Below are positions 10,061-20,142 of a stretch of DNA of 64,000 bases, one piece after another; the stretch's first letter is position 1, and each line of letters begins with the position of its first letter. The notes beneath the pieces are model-generated. The model worked only from the letters and a program-made list of their open reading frames with translations. It was not told the DNA's origin and ran no database searches. The position numbers were made by a program, and so were the translations under genes. Source of the DNA: Candidatus Hodarchaeota archaeon. Lineage in GTDB: Archaea > Asgardarchaeota > Lokiarchaeia > Sigyniarchaeales > SOKP01. The stretch is from NCBI GenBank assembly GCA_048887225.1, contig JBHLJY010000011.1, positions 1-64,000 on the forward strand. The letters run 5' to 3'.

Positions 10061-11881
10061 TCATTTAGGAATGTAATAATATTCATTAATTCTTTTTTGA
10101 TAGACATCTTTCTTACTTCCTAATTTATTTACACGAGGTCGATTTGTAACAGAATCTCTTCTAAATGTTATGCCCATTATTCTTAAAAACAAGTTAAACC
10201 CATCTCTTAAATTTTGAGGCGGTAAAGCTTTGCCTTCTAATCCAGGAATACCTTCAAATACTAAAATTGAATCTGCGATAAAATCTTGAGTAATTATGTC
10301 GTGTTCAACAACGAAAGCAGCTTTTTTTAATTCTTCAATCGATTTTCTTAGTAATTGAGCTACTTGTAGCCTCATTTCAACGTCTAAAAAAGCTGAAGGT
10401 TCGTCAAGTAAATATAAGTCTGCTTCAGTTGAGAGACAGTTCGCAATTGCTACTCTCTGCAGCTCACCTCCACTTAATTCTGAAATATATCTTTCTTGAA
10501 TATTTGCCAAATTTAAATTATTAATTAAGCGTTTCTTATAGGATTGGCTAAGATGAGACGCTAATTTTATCTTAGATTTTAATTCATTTACAAGTCTATC
10601 TTCTTTAAAATTGATATATTGAGGTTTAATTGAGACCTTTAATTCCATTTTTGTATCTTCTTCAGAATTTAAAGCACTTCTATTATCTGCTTCAATTTTA
10701 TTGGCGATCAAATTAATAAATGTTGATTTCCCTATTCCATTAGGACCTAAGATGCCTATAATTTCTCCAGCGTGGATTTCACTTCCAGAGACGGTTAAAT
10801 TAAAATTACCTAATGTTTTTTCTAGATCTTCATAGGAGTATATTACTTCACCAGTGTCAAATAAAGACTCTTGGGGAGGCCGTTCATGAAATTTAATTGG
10901 AACATCTCTAATACGTAAATTTTCGTCTTTAATATAACCATGGAGATATATATTAATGCCAACTCTCACTCCCTGAGGATGAGAGATTATTCCATAAACG
11001 CTAGGAGTTCCATAAAAAAGAGAAACATAATCACTTAGATAATCAAGTATGGCTAAATCATGCTCGACAACAACTACTGTCTTATTTTCCTCGGTAAGTG
11101 ATCGAATTAGTTTAGCCATATTTATCCTTTCACTAACATCTAAATACGAGCTAGGTTCGTCAATTAGATAAACATCACCATCTTTTAAATACGCAGCAGC
11201 TATAGCGACTCGTTGTAATTCACCCCCAGATAATACGGAAATTTTCCTATTCAGGATCTCTGTCAAATTTAATTTTTCTGATATATCATCTAATTTATCT
11301 GTGGTATCATTTTTTTTTAAGAGATCATAAACCTTACCGGATATAAAATCAGGAATTGCAGTAATATTTTGTGGTTTATGAATTATTTTCACTTTATTGT
11401 TTTTCATATCTAAGAAATATTGTTGAAGTTCTGAGCCTTTGAAGAAATTTATAATATCATTATCGTTTGGAGAATTATCATCAAATTGTCCGAGATTCAT
11501 TTTTAATTCTCCAGATAAAATGCGTAACATTGTGCTTTTTCCGATGCCATTTTGACCAATTAATCCGAGTACTTTTCCTTTCTTCGGAATTGCCATCCGG
11601 AATAATGAAAATTGATCTGGTCCGTATCTATATGTCATTTCATTTTTTAAGGGATCTGGAAGATTTACAATACTTATTGCGTTAAAAGGACATTTTTTTA
11701 TACAAATTCCGGTTCCGGAACATAAACTTTCAGTTATTTCGGCCTTATTTATCTTTTCATTCAAAATAATAGTTTTATCGCCAGTTCTGACTCTTGGACA
11801 GTATTTTATACAAGGCTTTTCACCGAAAGGACTACATTTGTCTGGCTTACATAAGTCTTTATTTAGAACAGCAATCCTCAT
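10061..11881 (-). CDS. abce1: ABCE1/RLI ribosome recycling ATPase
   Basis: N-terminal Fe-S domain, two ABC domains (GQNGIGKS and GPNGIGKS, LSGGELQR twice), TFRRD..RPRVNK. Confidence 0.95.
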   Translation of the reverse strand: MRIAVLNKDLCKPDKCSPFGEKPCIKYCPRVRTGDKTIILNEKINKAEITESLCSGTGICIKKCPFNAISIVNLPDPLKNEMTYRYGPDQFSLFRMAIPKKGKVLGLIGQNGIGKSTMLRILSGELKMNLGQFDDNSPNDNDIINFFKGSELQQYFLDMKNNKVKIIHKPQNITAIPDFISGKVYDLLKKNDTTDKLDDISEKLNLTEILNRKISVLSGGELQRVAIAAAYLKDGDVYLIDEPSSYLDVSERINMAKLIRSLTEENKTVVVVEHDLAILDYLSDYVSLFYGTPSVYGIISHPQGVRVGINIYLHGYIKDENLRIRDVPIKFHERPPQESLFDTGEVIYSYEDLEKTLGNFNLTVSGSEIHAGEIIGILGPNGIGKSTFINLIANKIEADNRSALNSEEDTKMELKVSIKPQYINFKEDRLVNELKSKIKLASHLSQSYKKRLINNLNLANIQERYISELSGGELQRVAIANCLSTEADLYLLDEPSAFLDVEMRLQVAQLLRKSIEELKKAAFVVEHDIITQDFIADSILVFEGIPGLEGKALPPQNLRDGFNLFLRIMGITFRRDSVTNRPRVNKLGSKKDVYQKRINEYYYIPK

Positions 11882-11968
11882 TATTTTTTCACTAATCTCT
11901 AAAATAATAAATGATAAATAAATGTATTCATTAATTTAATAAAGATTCTGCTATATAGTGAGAAAATT

Positions 11969-13666
11969 TTGAATGAAGAATCATCTGTTCATTGGTTAGA
12001 AAATATAGCTGAAGAAATATCAGAAAGAAAAGAATCATTAATAACATTAGCTACTGGAAAAACACCTTCTGGACATATTCACGTTGGAATATTAAGAGAA
12101 ATTATAATATGCGATGCATTAAGAAGAATTTTTGAAAAAAAAGGAGAAAATGTAAGATTTTTTTTATTTTTAGATAGCTTAGATGCCGCTAAAAGATTTC
12201 CTGAATATATTGATAAAAAATTTCAATTAAAACATAGAGGGAAGCCATTCTCTTTTATTCCATGCCCCTTTGATGAATGCGGCTGTAAAAGCTATGCTCA
12301 TCATTTTGGAAATGAATTAATTTCTACATTTAAAGATTTTGGGATAAAAACAGAAGTAATTTGGTCGCATGAACTATATCAAACAAAAGAAATGATAGAT
12401 AAGATTAAAATAGCACTCGAAAATTCGGATAAAATCAAAAAAATACTAAGGAAATATATTTTACCTACTTTAGACGAGGGTAAAAGAGCTAACTTCTTAA
12501 AAATGCAAGAAAAATGGATGCCAGTAATGGCAATATGCGAAGAGTGTGACAAAATTCAATCCATTGATAAGGATGGTTCGATTAAACCGAACAGAGTATT
12601 AAAATACATTAAAAGAGAACAAAAAGTTTCTTATATATGTTCTGCATGTGGATATGCAGGTGAATTGACAATCGATAGTGGCAGATTAAAATTAAACTGG
12701 CGAGTTGATTGGCCAGCTAAGTGGTCTATTTATAGAACGACTTGTGAGCCGGCAGGTAAAGATCACAGCGTGAAGGGAGGAGCCTACGATACTGGCTTAG
12801 AATTATGTCAAGAAATTTATGGATATGAAGGCCCTGTAAAAATACCTTATGAATGGTTGAGATTGGGAGATCGCGATATGAAAACTTCCAAAGGTATTGT
12901 TTTTACTCCTAAAACATACCTTGAGATCGCAAATCCCGAAGTTTTTAGAATGATTGTTTTAAGAACTAATCCGATGAAGCATATATCATTTAGAATCGAA
13001 GAACTTCCTCAATATTACGATTATTATGAAAGGATGGAAGAGATTTATTTTTCAAAAAATGAAGGAGATGATATGAAAAATTTACAATATATTTTTTCAC
13101 TATCACAAATAGGGAAGATTCCTGATAAAAAGGGTATAAAAATTCCATTAAAATTATTAATATTTCTATCTCAAATACAAAATATTTTAAGTTTGGAAAG
13201 AATGTATGAAAAAGCTAAAGAAGCTATAGATATAAAAAACTTTGAAGAATCGATAACGATTGAGGAATTTCAAAAATTGATTAATCAAACAAATAATTGG
13301 TTAAATGAAGTCAAAAAGGCTATTGAAGTAGAGAAAGATGCGAAAATAAAGAAAGAAATATTAAGTAAAATTAATATCTTCTCGATACCTCAAAGAATTG
13401 ACAACAAAATATTAGACAATTTAGACGAAAATCAAAGGAAAGGCCTTTCCAAGCTAAGAACTTATTTAGTTGATCATGAAAAAATAGAGGCTGACTCAAT
13501 ACAAAATAAGATATTTTCTATTGCTAAAGAAGATTTGAATATTCCTCCTAAAAAATTATTTGAGGCAATATATCAAATTATATTAGGAAGAAAAAATGGT
13601 CCTAAATTGGGACCTTTCTTAAAAATATTAGATAAAGAATGGCTATTAAATAGATTAAATATTTGA
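11969..13666 (+). CDS. lysS: Class I lysyl-tRNA synthetase
   Basis: TPSGHIHVG, KLNWRVDWPAKW, EPAGKDH, MKTSKG, GPKLGPF. Confidence 0.95.
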   Translation: MNEESSVHWLENIAEEISERKESLITLATGKTPSGHIHVGILREIIICDALRRIFEKKGENVRFFLFLDSLDAAKRFPEYIDKKFQLKHRGKPFSFIPCPFDECGCKSYAHHFGNELISTFKDFGIKTEVIWSHELYQTKEMIDKIKIALENSDKIKKILRKYILPTLDEGKRANFLKMQEKWMPVMAICEECDKIQSIDKDGSIKPNRVLKYIKREQKVSYICSACGYAGELTIDSGRLKLNWRVDWPAKWSIYRTTCEPAGKDHSVKGGAYDTGLELCQEIYGYEGPVKIPYEWLRLGDRDMKTSKGIVFTPKTYLEIANPEVFRMIVLRTNPMKHISFRIEELPQYYDYYERMEEIYFSKNEGDDMKNLQYIFSLSQIGKIPDKKGIKIPLKLLIFLSQIQNILSLERMYEKAKEAIDIKNFEESITIEEFQKLINQTNNWLNEVKKAIEVEKDAKIKKEILSKINIFSIPQRIDNKILDNLDENQRKGLSKLRTYLVDHEKIEADSIQNKIFSIAKEDLNIPPKKLFEAIYQIILGRKNGPKLGPFLKILDKEWLLNRLNI

Positions 13667-13675
13667 GTTTGAGTC

Positions 13676-13879
13676 TTAATCTTTATTGCTGTTCTTTTGT
13701 TTTTCAGATTCTTTTTTCCTCTTAAATCTTTTTTTCTTCTTTTTTTCTTGTATTATTTTATAACATTCAGGACAATAAGTTAAAGATTCTTCAATCATTT
13801 GCCCACATTTTTGGCAATGCTTATGCGGATATACATAATAAGAGTCTCCCTTTTTTTTATATCGTTCGAATTTACTCAA
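13676..13879 (-). CDS. DUF2116-like zinc-ribbon protein
   Basis: PHKHCQKCG...YCPEC followed by basic tail. Confidence 0.7.
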   Translation of the reverse strand: MSKFERYKKKGDSYYVYPHKHCQKCGQMIEESLTYCPECYKIIQEKKKKKRFKRKKESEKQKNSNKD

Positions 13880-13939
13880 TATTTAATCTCCGTTTTTTTA
13901 ATAAATATAAAAGTCTTTAATTGGTTATAACTTTTTTAA

Positions 13940-15214
13940 CTATTCAAGATTTTTAAGAGTAGAAACTCCACTATGATTTATTTTAATTCGAAAAAATTCA
14001 GCGTTTTTAAGTTGTTTTCTTATTTCTAAAGGATAAGATGGAAATTTGGAATTAAATAAACTATCGTTAATAATTATCTCATTCAAGTTTTTCTTCCAAT
14101 CTTGCAATACCTTGTTAATTTTTTCTGGATTTACTAAAGCAAAAACAGATCCTCCTCCTCCTGCACCGGTTAATTTCGCAGCATAAACATCGGGATGATC
14201 TTCTATTAATTTAATTAGAATATTATTTGCTAATCCTATTCCATACTCAAATCCGGCTTCACTCATAACTTGATTCATTATATTAGTGTTTTCTTTAAAC
14301 AATTTTCCTAAAAGTCTCCAATCTTGCTTCATTAAAGCAAATCGAGATTTCCACGCTATTTTCGCAAGTTTTCTGTAATGATCTAGAATTTTAGGGTCCT
14401 CTAGTAAATATTTTTTTCTTAACGTACTATGAACACCTCCACTTTCGTGAAAGAATCCAGAAAAACAAATGATTATTGGTAATTCAGATATATTATATGT
14501 GTTATCAATTCTATCGTAAACGGCCAATGGTTCCATGGAAATATCTTTATGAAATAATTTTCCATAGTAAGAACAAAAGCATAAGCCGCCCCTACTTATA
14601 ACATAACGGTCTGAATAACCAGCAGTGATCTTAAGATCTTCATCTTCAATTTTAGTTGCCATTTCTGCAATTATATCTTTATTAATTGGAAAATCTGCTT
14701 CTTTAACATAAGAAAGACTTTTATATAAATTGAAATAATTAGCAAATCCATAAAGGATAGATATTATTATTGCTGCACTACCACCTAGACCACTCTGTCG
14801 AGGAATGGTTGTGAGGAGTCCAATTTCAAAATTTTGCTCTAAAAATCTATCCCAAAAAATAGAATTTGTTTTGTGAAATCTATATATACAAGCATAAATT
14901 AATTTGAACTTTCCCGTAAATTTTTTTTTTATCTCTGTTAAATCCTTCTGTAATTCCTCTTCATATTCTATTTCAAAGTTATAATTTTCCCTACTTTTTT
15001 TTACTTTGTAAAATTTTATTCTATTTACACCAGTTACCTTTTTTATGTAGAAAAAAGCAGATAATGGATTCTCTCTACCATTAATAGCTACAGAAGGCAT
15101 CCAGAAATCACCCTCAACAGCATCTAAAGGATTTATCAAATTAATTCTTGATGGGGCTTGAACGATAATCTCTGGATTTAGACTATGTAAAAATTTTATA
15201 ATAGAATTTAACAA
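13940..15214 (-). CDS. GHMP-family sugar kinase (glucuronokinase/heptose kinase-like)
   Basis: APSRINL, IPRQSGLGGSAA, AKLTGAGGGG. Confidence 0.85.
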   Translation of the reverse strand: MLNSIIKFLHSLNPEIIVQAPSRINLINPLDAVEGDFWMPSVAINGRENPLSAFFYIKKVTGVNRIKFYKVKKSRENYNFEIEYEEELQKDLTEIKKKFTGKFKLIYACIYRFHKTNSIFWDRFLEQNFEIGLLTTIPRQSGLGGSAAIIISILYGFANYFNLYKSLSYVKEADFPINKDIIAEMATKIEDEDLKITAGYSDRYVISRGGLCFCSYYGKLFHKDISMEPLAVYDRIDNTYNISELPIIICFSGFFHESGGVHSTLRKKYLLEDPKILDHYRKLAKIAWKSRFALMKQDWRLLGKLFKENTNIMNQVMSEAGFEYGIGLANNILIKLIEDHPDVYAAKLTGAGGGGSVFALVNPEKINKVLQDWKKNLNEIIINDSLFNSKFPSYPLEIRKQLKNAEFFRIKINHSGVSTLKNLE

Positions 15215-15326
15215 AACTCTTACTTATAGCAACTTTTTTTAATTAAATAAAAATGCTAGGAATTTATAAGTTTTTTTCGAAATTATTAGCGTGTCAAGAA
15301 CAAAAACTCAAAAAACAATAGAGTTT

Positions 15327-15590
15327 TTAAAAAACACCCAGATCAATAGAGATGTCTTGAGCAGAGTTGTCTGGATGTAATTTAACGAATGCCTTTTTCT
15401 CTCCTGTAGCTGTGATTAATGTATTAATTTTTATAACTTTTACTTTATGGAGTTTTTCAATTGCGCGTTTTATTTGGCTTTTATTTGCTAGTCTGTCAAC
15501 AATAAACACTAATTTATTCTCATGTTCAATTAGATCAAATGTTTTTTCTGTAATTAATGGTCTTTTAATTATTTTGTAATATGACTCCAA
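15327..15590 (-). CDS. rpl23: 50S ribosomal protein L23
   Basis: [34 protein letters not shown]. Confidence 0.96.
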   Translation of the reverse strand: MESYYKIIKRPLITEKTFDLIEHENKLVFIVDRLANKSQIKRAIEKLHKVKVIKINTLITATGEKKAFVKLHPDNSAQDISIDLGVF

Positions 15591-15591
15591 T

Positions 15592-16383
15592 TTAAATTAC
15601 CGCCTTGAATTTATTCTTTAACTCATTAATGGCTGATTGAGTCCAAATGATTAATCTTCCTGCAATCCCTCCTGGGGCTAATTTATCAATCGACAAATTG
15701 TCCACATTAATAACTTCAGTTCCAGGAATGTTTCTTGAAGATTTTACTATTCCATAATCGTCTTTTATGACAATTAGAATTCCTTTTTTTCGTTTATATT
15801 TGCGCCCTCTTCTCTTTCCTTTCCCAGCTCTAATTTTTTTACTTTCTTTCACTTTTATCAATTCCTCTTTAAATCCTAAAGCATTTAAAATTGAGTAAAT
15901 TTGTTCAGTTTTTTTAATTGTTTGAATTTTATCATCTACGACTAGAGGAATCTCAGTGATATGTTGAATTTTATGCCCTCTTTTATGAACCCATGAGGCG
16001 GTTCCAGAAGCAGATATAGCAGATATTATTGAAAGTTCACGAGTTTTTTTATTCATTTTTTTAGTTATATTTTTTTCGTTTTTTATAGGATGAGTTCTTC
16101 TACCTCCTTTAGCAAAAGGTACTCTACCGACATTTCTTGCTGTAGCATATCCTGAGCCTTTAAGTCTGGGTGCTCTTGACATTCCATGTCCAGTTCCCCA
16201 GCTCTCTGCAGTATTTCTTAAACCAGCTCTTTTGTCTCTCCCTTGAATTTGTTTCTTATTACTTTGAATGATTTCAATAGCTTTCTGAATAATATCTTTT
16301 CTCGGTTTGAAATTAAATATCTCGGGTTTTTCAATTAGACCTTTTTTCTTCCCATCCAAACCGTAAACATTTATTTTTTCCAT
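15592..16383 (-). CDS. rpl4: 50S ribosomal protein L4
   Basis: [39 protein letters not shown]. Confidence 0.96.
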   Translation of the reverse strand: MEKINVYGLDGKKKGLIEKPEIFNFKPRKDIIQKAIEIIQSNKKQIQGRDKRAGLRNTAESWGTGHGMSRAPRLKGSGYATARNVGRVPFAKGGRRTHPIKNEKNITKKMNKKTRELSIISAISASGTASWVHKRGHKIQHITEIPLVVDDKIQTIKKTEQIYSILNALGFKEELIKVKESKKIRAGKGKRRGRKYKRKKGILIVIKDDYGIVKSSRNIPGTEVINVDNLSIDKLAPGGIAGRLIIWTQSAINELKNKFKAVI

Positions 16384-16393
16384 AATATCAGAA

Positions 16394-17413
16394 TTATTTT
16401 CTCTGTTGGCTTTCTCTATTTATAAAAGTAATTTCTGGAGATTTAACTTCAAATGATTTTAATGGCCGAATGGTTTTTCTTAATCTGATTAATCTTTTTT
16501 TTGGTCCGGGCACAGATCCTAAAATTAAAAGATAATCTCCTTTAATTCTTCCATAATTGATTAATCCCCCCTTAGGATTAATTTCTTCCTCATTTTCACC
16601 AATTTGCATAATTCTTTTATGATATTCCGTTCTTTGATGAAATCCTAATTGCCCTGGGCGCGGTACAGTATAAAGGACTCTGGCAGGATGCCAAGGTCCT
16701 ATACACGCTACAGCTCGTTTAATTTTATTGTTTTTTCTGGTTAAAATCTTTATCCCAAATCTTTTAACAGGACCTTGAAATCCTTTCCCTTTCGTTACAG
16801 CAATTACATCAATTAAATCTCCTTCAGTTAAAACGTCTCGAGCTCTTATTTCTTTTCCTAGGTGTGCTAGAGCAAACTTGAATTCTTCGACTGAGTTTTT
16901 TATTAAATTTACTTTGATTTCAATTATATCTGGTTTTTTTCTAGGTAATGATGTTTTGTAGGGTTGAGTTTGAAAAATTCCTCTAATTTCTGTCGATTGA
17001 TTTATTTTATTCATTAAATCTTCCTTGATTTCGTTAAAATTATAACTTTCCAAATTTGGAATATTAATTTTACGAGGTAAATAATTACTAATTTCTTTTG
17101 TGAAAATTTCTCCTAAAACATATTTCCCATAATCATCTCTACTATATAGTCTCACACCAATTAAGAGGAGAGGAGGAACTTCAATTATAGAGACTGGTTT
17201 CATTAATTCTTTTCCATAATAAGGACTATTTTTTTGATCTTCAATATACATAATATGGGTCATACCGGCTTTAAAACCAGCAAATCCAAGAAAATTAATT
17301 TCATCCGAGGTATCACACCAATGTCTAATGCGTCCTTTAATTGATTTTGCTCTTTTTCTTGGAAGGAATGCTAATGATCCATGTCTCGGTGCATGTTTTT
17401 TCCGATGACCCAT
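16394..17413 (-). CDS. rpl3: 50S ribosomal protein L3
   Basis: PRHGSLAFLPRKRA, GFKAGMTH, TKGKGFQGPVKR, CIGPWHP. Confidence 0.97.
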   Translation of the reverse strand: MGHRKKHAPRHGSLAFLPRKRAKSIKGRIRHWCDTSDEINFLGFAGFKAGMTHIMYIEDQKNSPYYGKELMKPVSIIEVPPLLLIGVRLYSRDDYGKYVLGEIFTKEISNYLPRKINIPNLESYNFNEIKEDLMNKINQSTEIRGIFQTQPYKTSLPRKKPDIIEIKVNLIKNSVEEFKFALAHLGKEIRARDVLTEGDLIDVIAVTKGKGFQGPVKRFGIKILTRKNNKIKRAVACIGPWHPARVLYTVPRPGQLGFHQRTEYHKRIMQIGENEEEINPKGGLINYGRIKGDYLLILGSVPGPKKRLIRLRKTIRPLKSFEVKSPEITFINRESQQRK

Positions 17414-17585
17414 AACTAATCACTTAGACTTTAAAAATAAGAATTTTTCAAGATAATTAAATTTTTTGAAAATCTTAATGATAGATTGCTTAATCTGATT
17501 GAATCTTAGCAAGATTTCATTTTAAATGAATATGTGTGTTGGATGAAATCATCTTAGCTAGAAAAGATTAAATAATAAAAAATTA

Positions 17586-18086
17586 ATGATTATAATTATG
17601 AGAACCTTAAAATTAAAAGGTTTAAAATATAATAAGGGTAAGTTTGAATTATTTAATAATCGTTTTGTTTTCTTTCCCCCCCAATTAATTGATATTTTAT
17701 CATCAATTTACGGTGAAGGTGTAAAGTCATTATTGGTATGGTTAGGAAAAAAAGCAGGTTGGACCTTAATACAACAATGGGAAGAAAATCTAAAACCAAA
17801 AACTTTAGATGATTTAGTTAATCACTTTTGTAATATAATAAGTAATCAAGGGTGGGGTCGTTTTGTTCCCAAAAAAATATCAGAAGATTTAATAGCTATA
17901 GAACTTCATCATAATATTTCTTCTACGTTAGAAAATAAATCAAAATCTTTTTGTTATTTCATTAATGGTTTATTATCTGGTTTCGGGGAGTTTGCTTTGT
18001 ATAGAGTATCTGTGTTAGAACCATATTGTTGTCTTGAAAATTCTAACTTAAAAATTTGTGAATATCAAATCAAGAAAATAAGTTAA
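17586..18086 (+). CDS. V4R domain protein
   Basis: LGKKAG, QGWGRF, CYFINGLLSG, EPYCC..CEY pattern. Confidence 0.8.
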   Translation: MIIIMRTLKLKGLKYNKGKFELFNNRFVFFPPQLIDILSSIYGEGVKSLLVWLGKKAGWTLIQQWEENLKPKTLDDLVNHFCNIISNQGWGRFVPKKISEDLIAIELHHNISSTLENKSKSFCYFINGLLSGFGEFALYRVSVLEPYCCLENSNLKICEYQIKKIS

Positions 18087-18096
18087 ATGGTTCTAG

Positions 18097-18480
18097 TTAC
18101 CAAGGATCCCATTCTTCTGGATTTAATTCATCCTTCTCGTCTTCCTTAATTGAATCTTCTGACTTTATTTGATAATCCTCGTCTTCTCTTTCTGAGTATT
18201 CTTGAACTTCTTGCGAGTTATCTTCAATTATATTTAACTCACTTTCTAGTAATATAGACTCTTCTCCAATAACCACGTCTTTAAATGCAGATATTAGAGA
18301 AAGAAATTTGAGAAACTCTTCTTTCTTCATCTCAACTTTAACAGATTTATCATCATTAATTAGGCCAAGCTTAATTAATTTGACTTCACCACTAATTTCT
18401 ACGGAAGTTATTTCTATGGAGTCTTCTGTTTCTTTTAATTGAATTTTCCACGAAGTCTCTCTTTTTTTTTCAATCTCCAT
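18097..18480 (-). CDS. Hypothetical protein with acidic tail ending WDPW
   Basis: 127-aa ORF; no family recognised. Confidence 0.7.
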   Translation of the reverse strand: MEIEKKRETSWKIQLKETEDSIEITSVEISGEVKLIKLGLINDDKSVKVEMKKEEFLKFLSLISAFKDVVIGEESILLESELNIIEDNSQEVQEYSEREDEDYQIKSEDSIKEDEKDELNPEEWDPW

Positions 18481-18581
18481 TTTTTCACATTATAGAATTG
18501 TTAAAGTTCATTAATAAAATAAAAATTCTTAAATTTAAAATTTTACATGTTTGAGATTAAATTTTTAGTTTTTTTTTAAAT

Positions 18582-18875
18582 TTAATAATTATTTTCCCAG
18601 ATTTCTATGAATTTTTTTAAAATCTTTGCTTTAAGATTTTCTGTTTTATATCTATAAATTTTAATTCGTCCAAATTTCTTTTCTTGGATTAAATTGAATG
18701 ATTTTAAAAGATTTAAATGCTTATTGACATTAGAATGGTTTAATTTCGTTTTAGAAATAATTAACGATATATTCAATTCGTCATTTAATGCTAGAGTTTT
18801 TAGAATTTTAATTCTAGCTTTTGATCCTAATAAATCTTCGATGATATATTTTTTACTTTTTTCATTGATGATCAT
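18582..18875 (-). CDS. ArsR-like winged-helix regulator
   Basis: LGSKARIKILKTL, HSNVNKHLNLL, EKKFGRIKIY. Confidence 0.85.
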   Translation of the reverse strand: MIINEKSKKYIIEDLLGSKARIKILKTLALNDELNISLIISKTKLNHSNVNKHLNLLKSFNLIQEKKFGRIKIYRYKTENLKAKILKKFIEIWENNY

Positions 18876-19238
18876 ATCTTTATCCCTTTAGAATTAGAAA
18901 TACTTATGATTTTGTATAATTGTGAAACGGAACATTTTTAAGAAAATACGGAGTAATAATTTTTCATTACATTTTTTTTGTTTTTTCCCCCTTACTGTGA
19001 TAGATTAGGAAGAAATTTTTTTTATTTAAAAATGACTGTACCAAGTTTTTAAAACCGATAGAGTAGTTCATTAAAAGAAGATCCAAATGGCAAAAAGATT
19101 GAACTCTATTGGATCCTAATACCATATAGAAACCAAGACTCTCAATAAGATCACTGGACAGATTTCTGGATTGAAAATTATGATTAATTAATTGATTGTG
19201 GTGAAAATCTTGCTTTTTTATCGTAGAAATTAGGTTTT

Positions 19239-19315
19239 TGGTGCGGAGAGGGGGCTTCGAACCCCCGACCTCACGGTTATCAGCCGTGCGCTATACCAGG
19301 CTAAGCCACCTCCGC
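19239..19315 (-). tRNA. tRNA-Ile(GAT), CCA encoded
   Basis: GCGGAGG.../CTCCGC-ACCA, anticodon arm CACGG-CTGATAA-CCGTG, T loop TTCGAAG. Confidence 0.96.
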
Positions 19316-19516
19316 GTAACGTTGCCCCAAGATACATTAAAACATATCGTTTTAATTTAATTAAAATAAATATTAAATTAGGCTTAATGATCAATTCTAA
19401 TAATAAATGGTTAAAAAAATTTTTGACTATATTATAATTAAAAGGTTCTTTCGATAAATAAAACCATCCTTTAACCGTTATTTTTTTAATTAATTGGCTC
19501 TGTTAATTATTTATAA

Positions 19517-20110
19517 ATGAAAATAATTATCCTCTCGGGAACTCCTGGATGCGGCAAGACATCAGTTTCAAAAAAAATTTCTGAAAAGATTAAAGCAAAA
19601 ATTATATCATTAAACGAATTAGCAGTTTCAGAAAACTTAACACTTAAATATGATAAAAAGAGAGAAACTTATGTTGTTGATTTCAATAAATTAATCCCAT
19701 ATGTAGAAAATCTGATTGAATTACATAAAAAAGAAAACACAGAATTTCTTTTAATCGAAGGACATTTTTCCGATGCAATCCCCGATAAATATATTGACTA
19801 CGTCATTATTTTACGGTGTAATCCAGATGAGCTGTATAAAAGATTAGAAAAAAGAGGCTATAAGAAAGAGAAAATTAGAGAAAATGTACAAGCAGAGATT
19901 TTAGGTAATTGCACTAATTTTTTTATTCATAAACAAATAAAATCACCTATGTATGAGATTGATACTACAGATTTATCAGAGGATTCTATAGCAAAAATTA
20001 TAATAGATTTGATTATAAAAGAAGTTAAGGCAGAAAATTATATTCTTGGGAAAATAGATTGGCTTGAAATTTTAGCCCAAAATGACCGTATACATGAATT
20101 TTTTGACTAA
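19517..20110 (+). CDS. AK6/Fap7-type adenylate kinase
   Basis: GTPGCGKT, IEGH, LRCNP..L..RL..RGY..EKIRENVQAE. Confidence 0.9.
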   Translation: MKIIILSGTPGCGKTSVSKKISEKIKAKIISLNELAVSENLTLKYDKKRETYVVDFNKLIPYVENLIELHKKENTEFLLIEGHFSDAIPDKYIDYVIILRCNPDELYKRLEKRGYKKEKIRENVQAEILGNCTNFFIHKQIKSPMYEIDTTDLSEDSIAKIIIDLIIKEVKAENYILGKIDWLEILAQNDRIHEFFD

Positions 20111-20142
20111 AAAGTTTTTGCATAGCTTTAGTTATCATAAAA

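Noticed and set aside
17502-17569. SECIS element
   Set aside because: Lacks the paired GA quartet, lies 5' of both flanking genes, and no in-frame UGA selenoprotein candidate was seen
18876-19238. Possible integrated-element remnant at the tRNA-Ile 3' end
   Set aside because: No duplicated tRNA 3' end, integrase or convincing ORF
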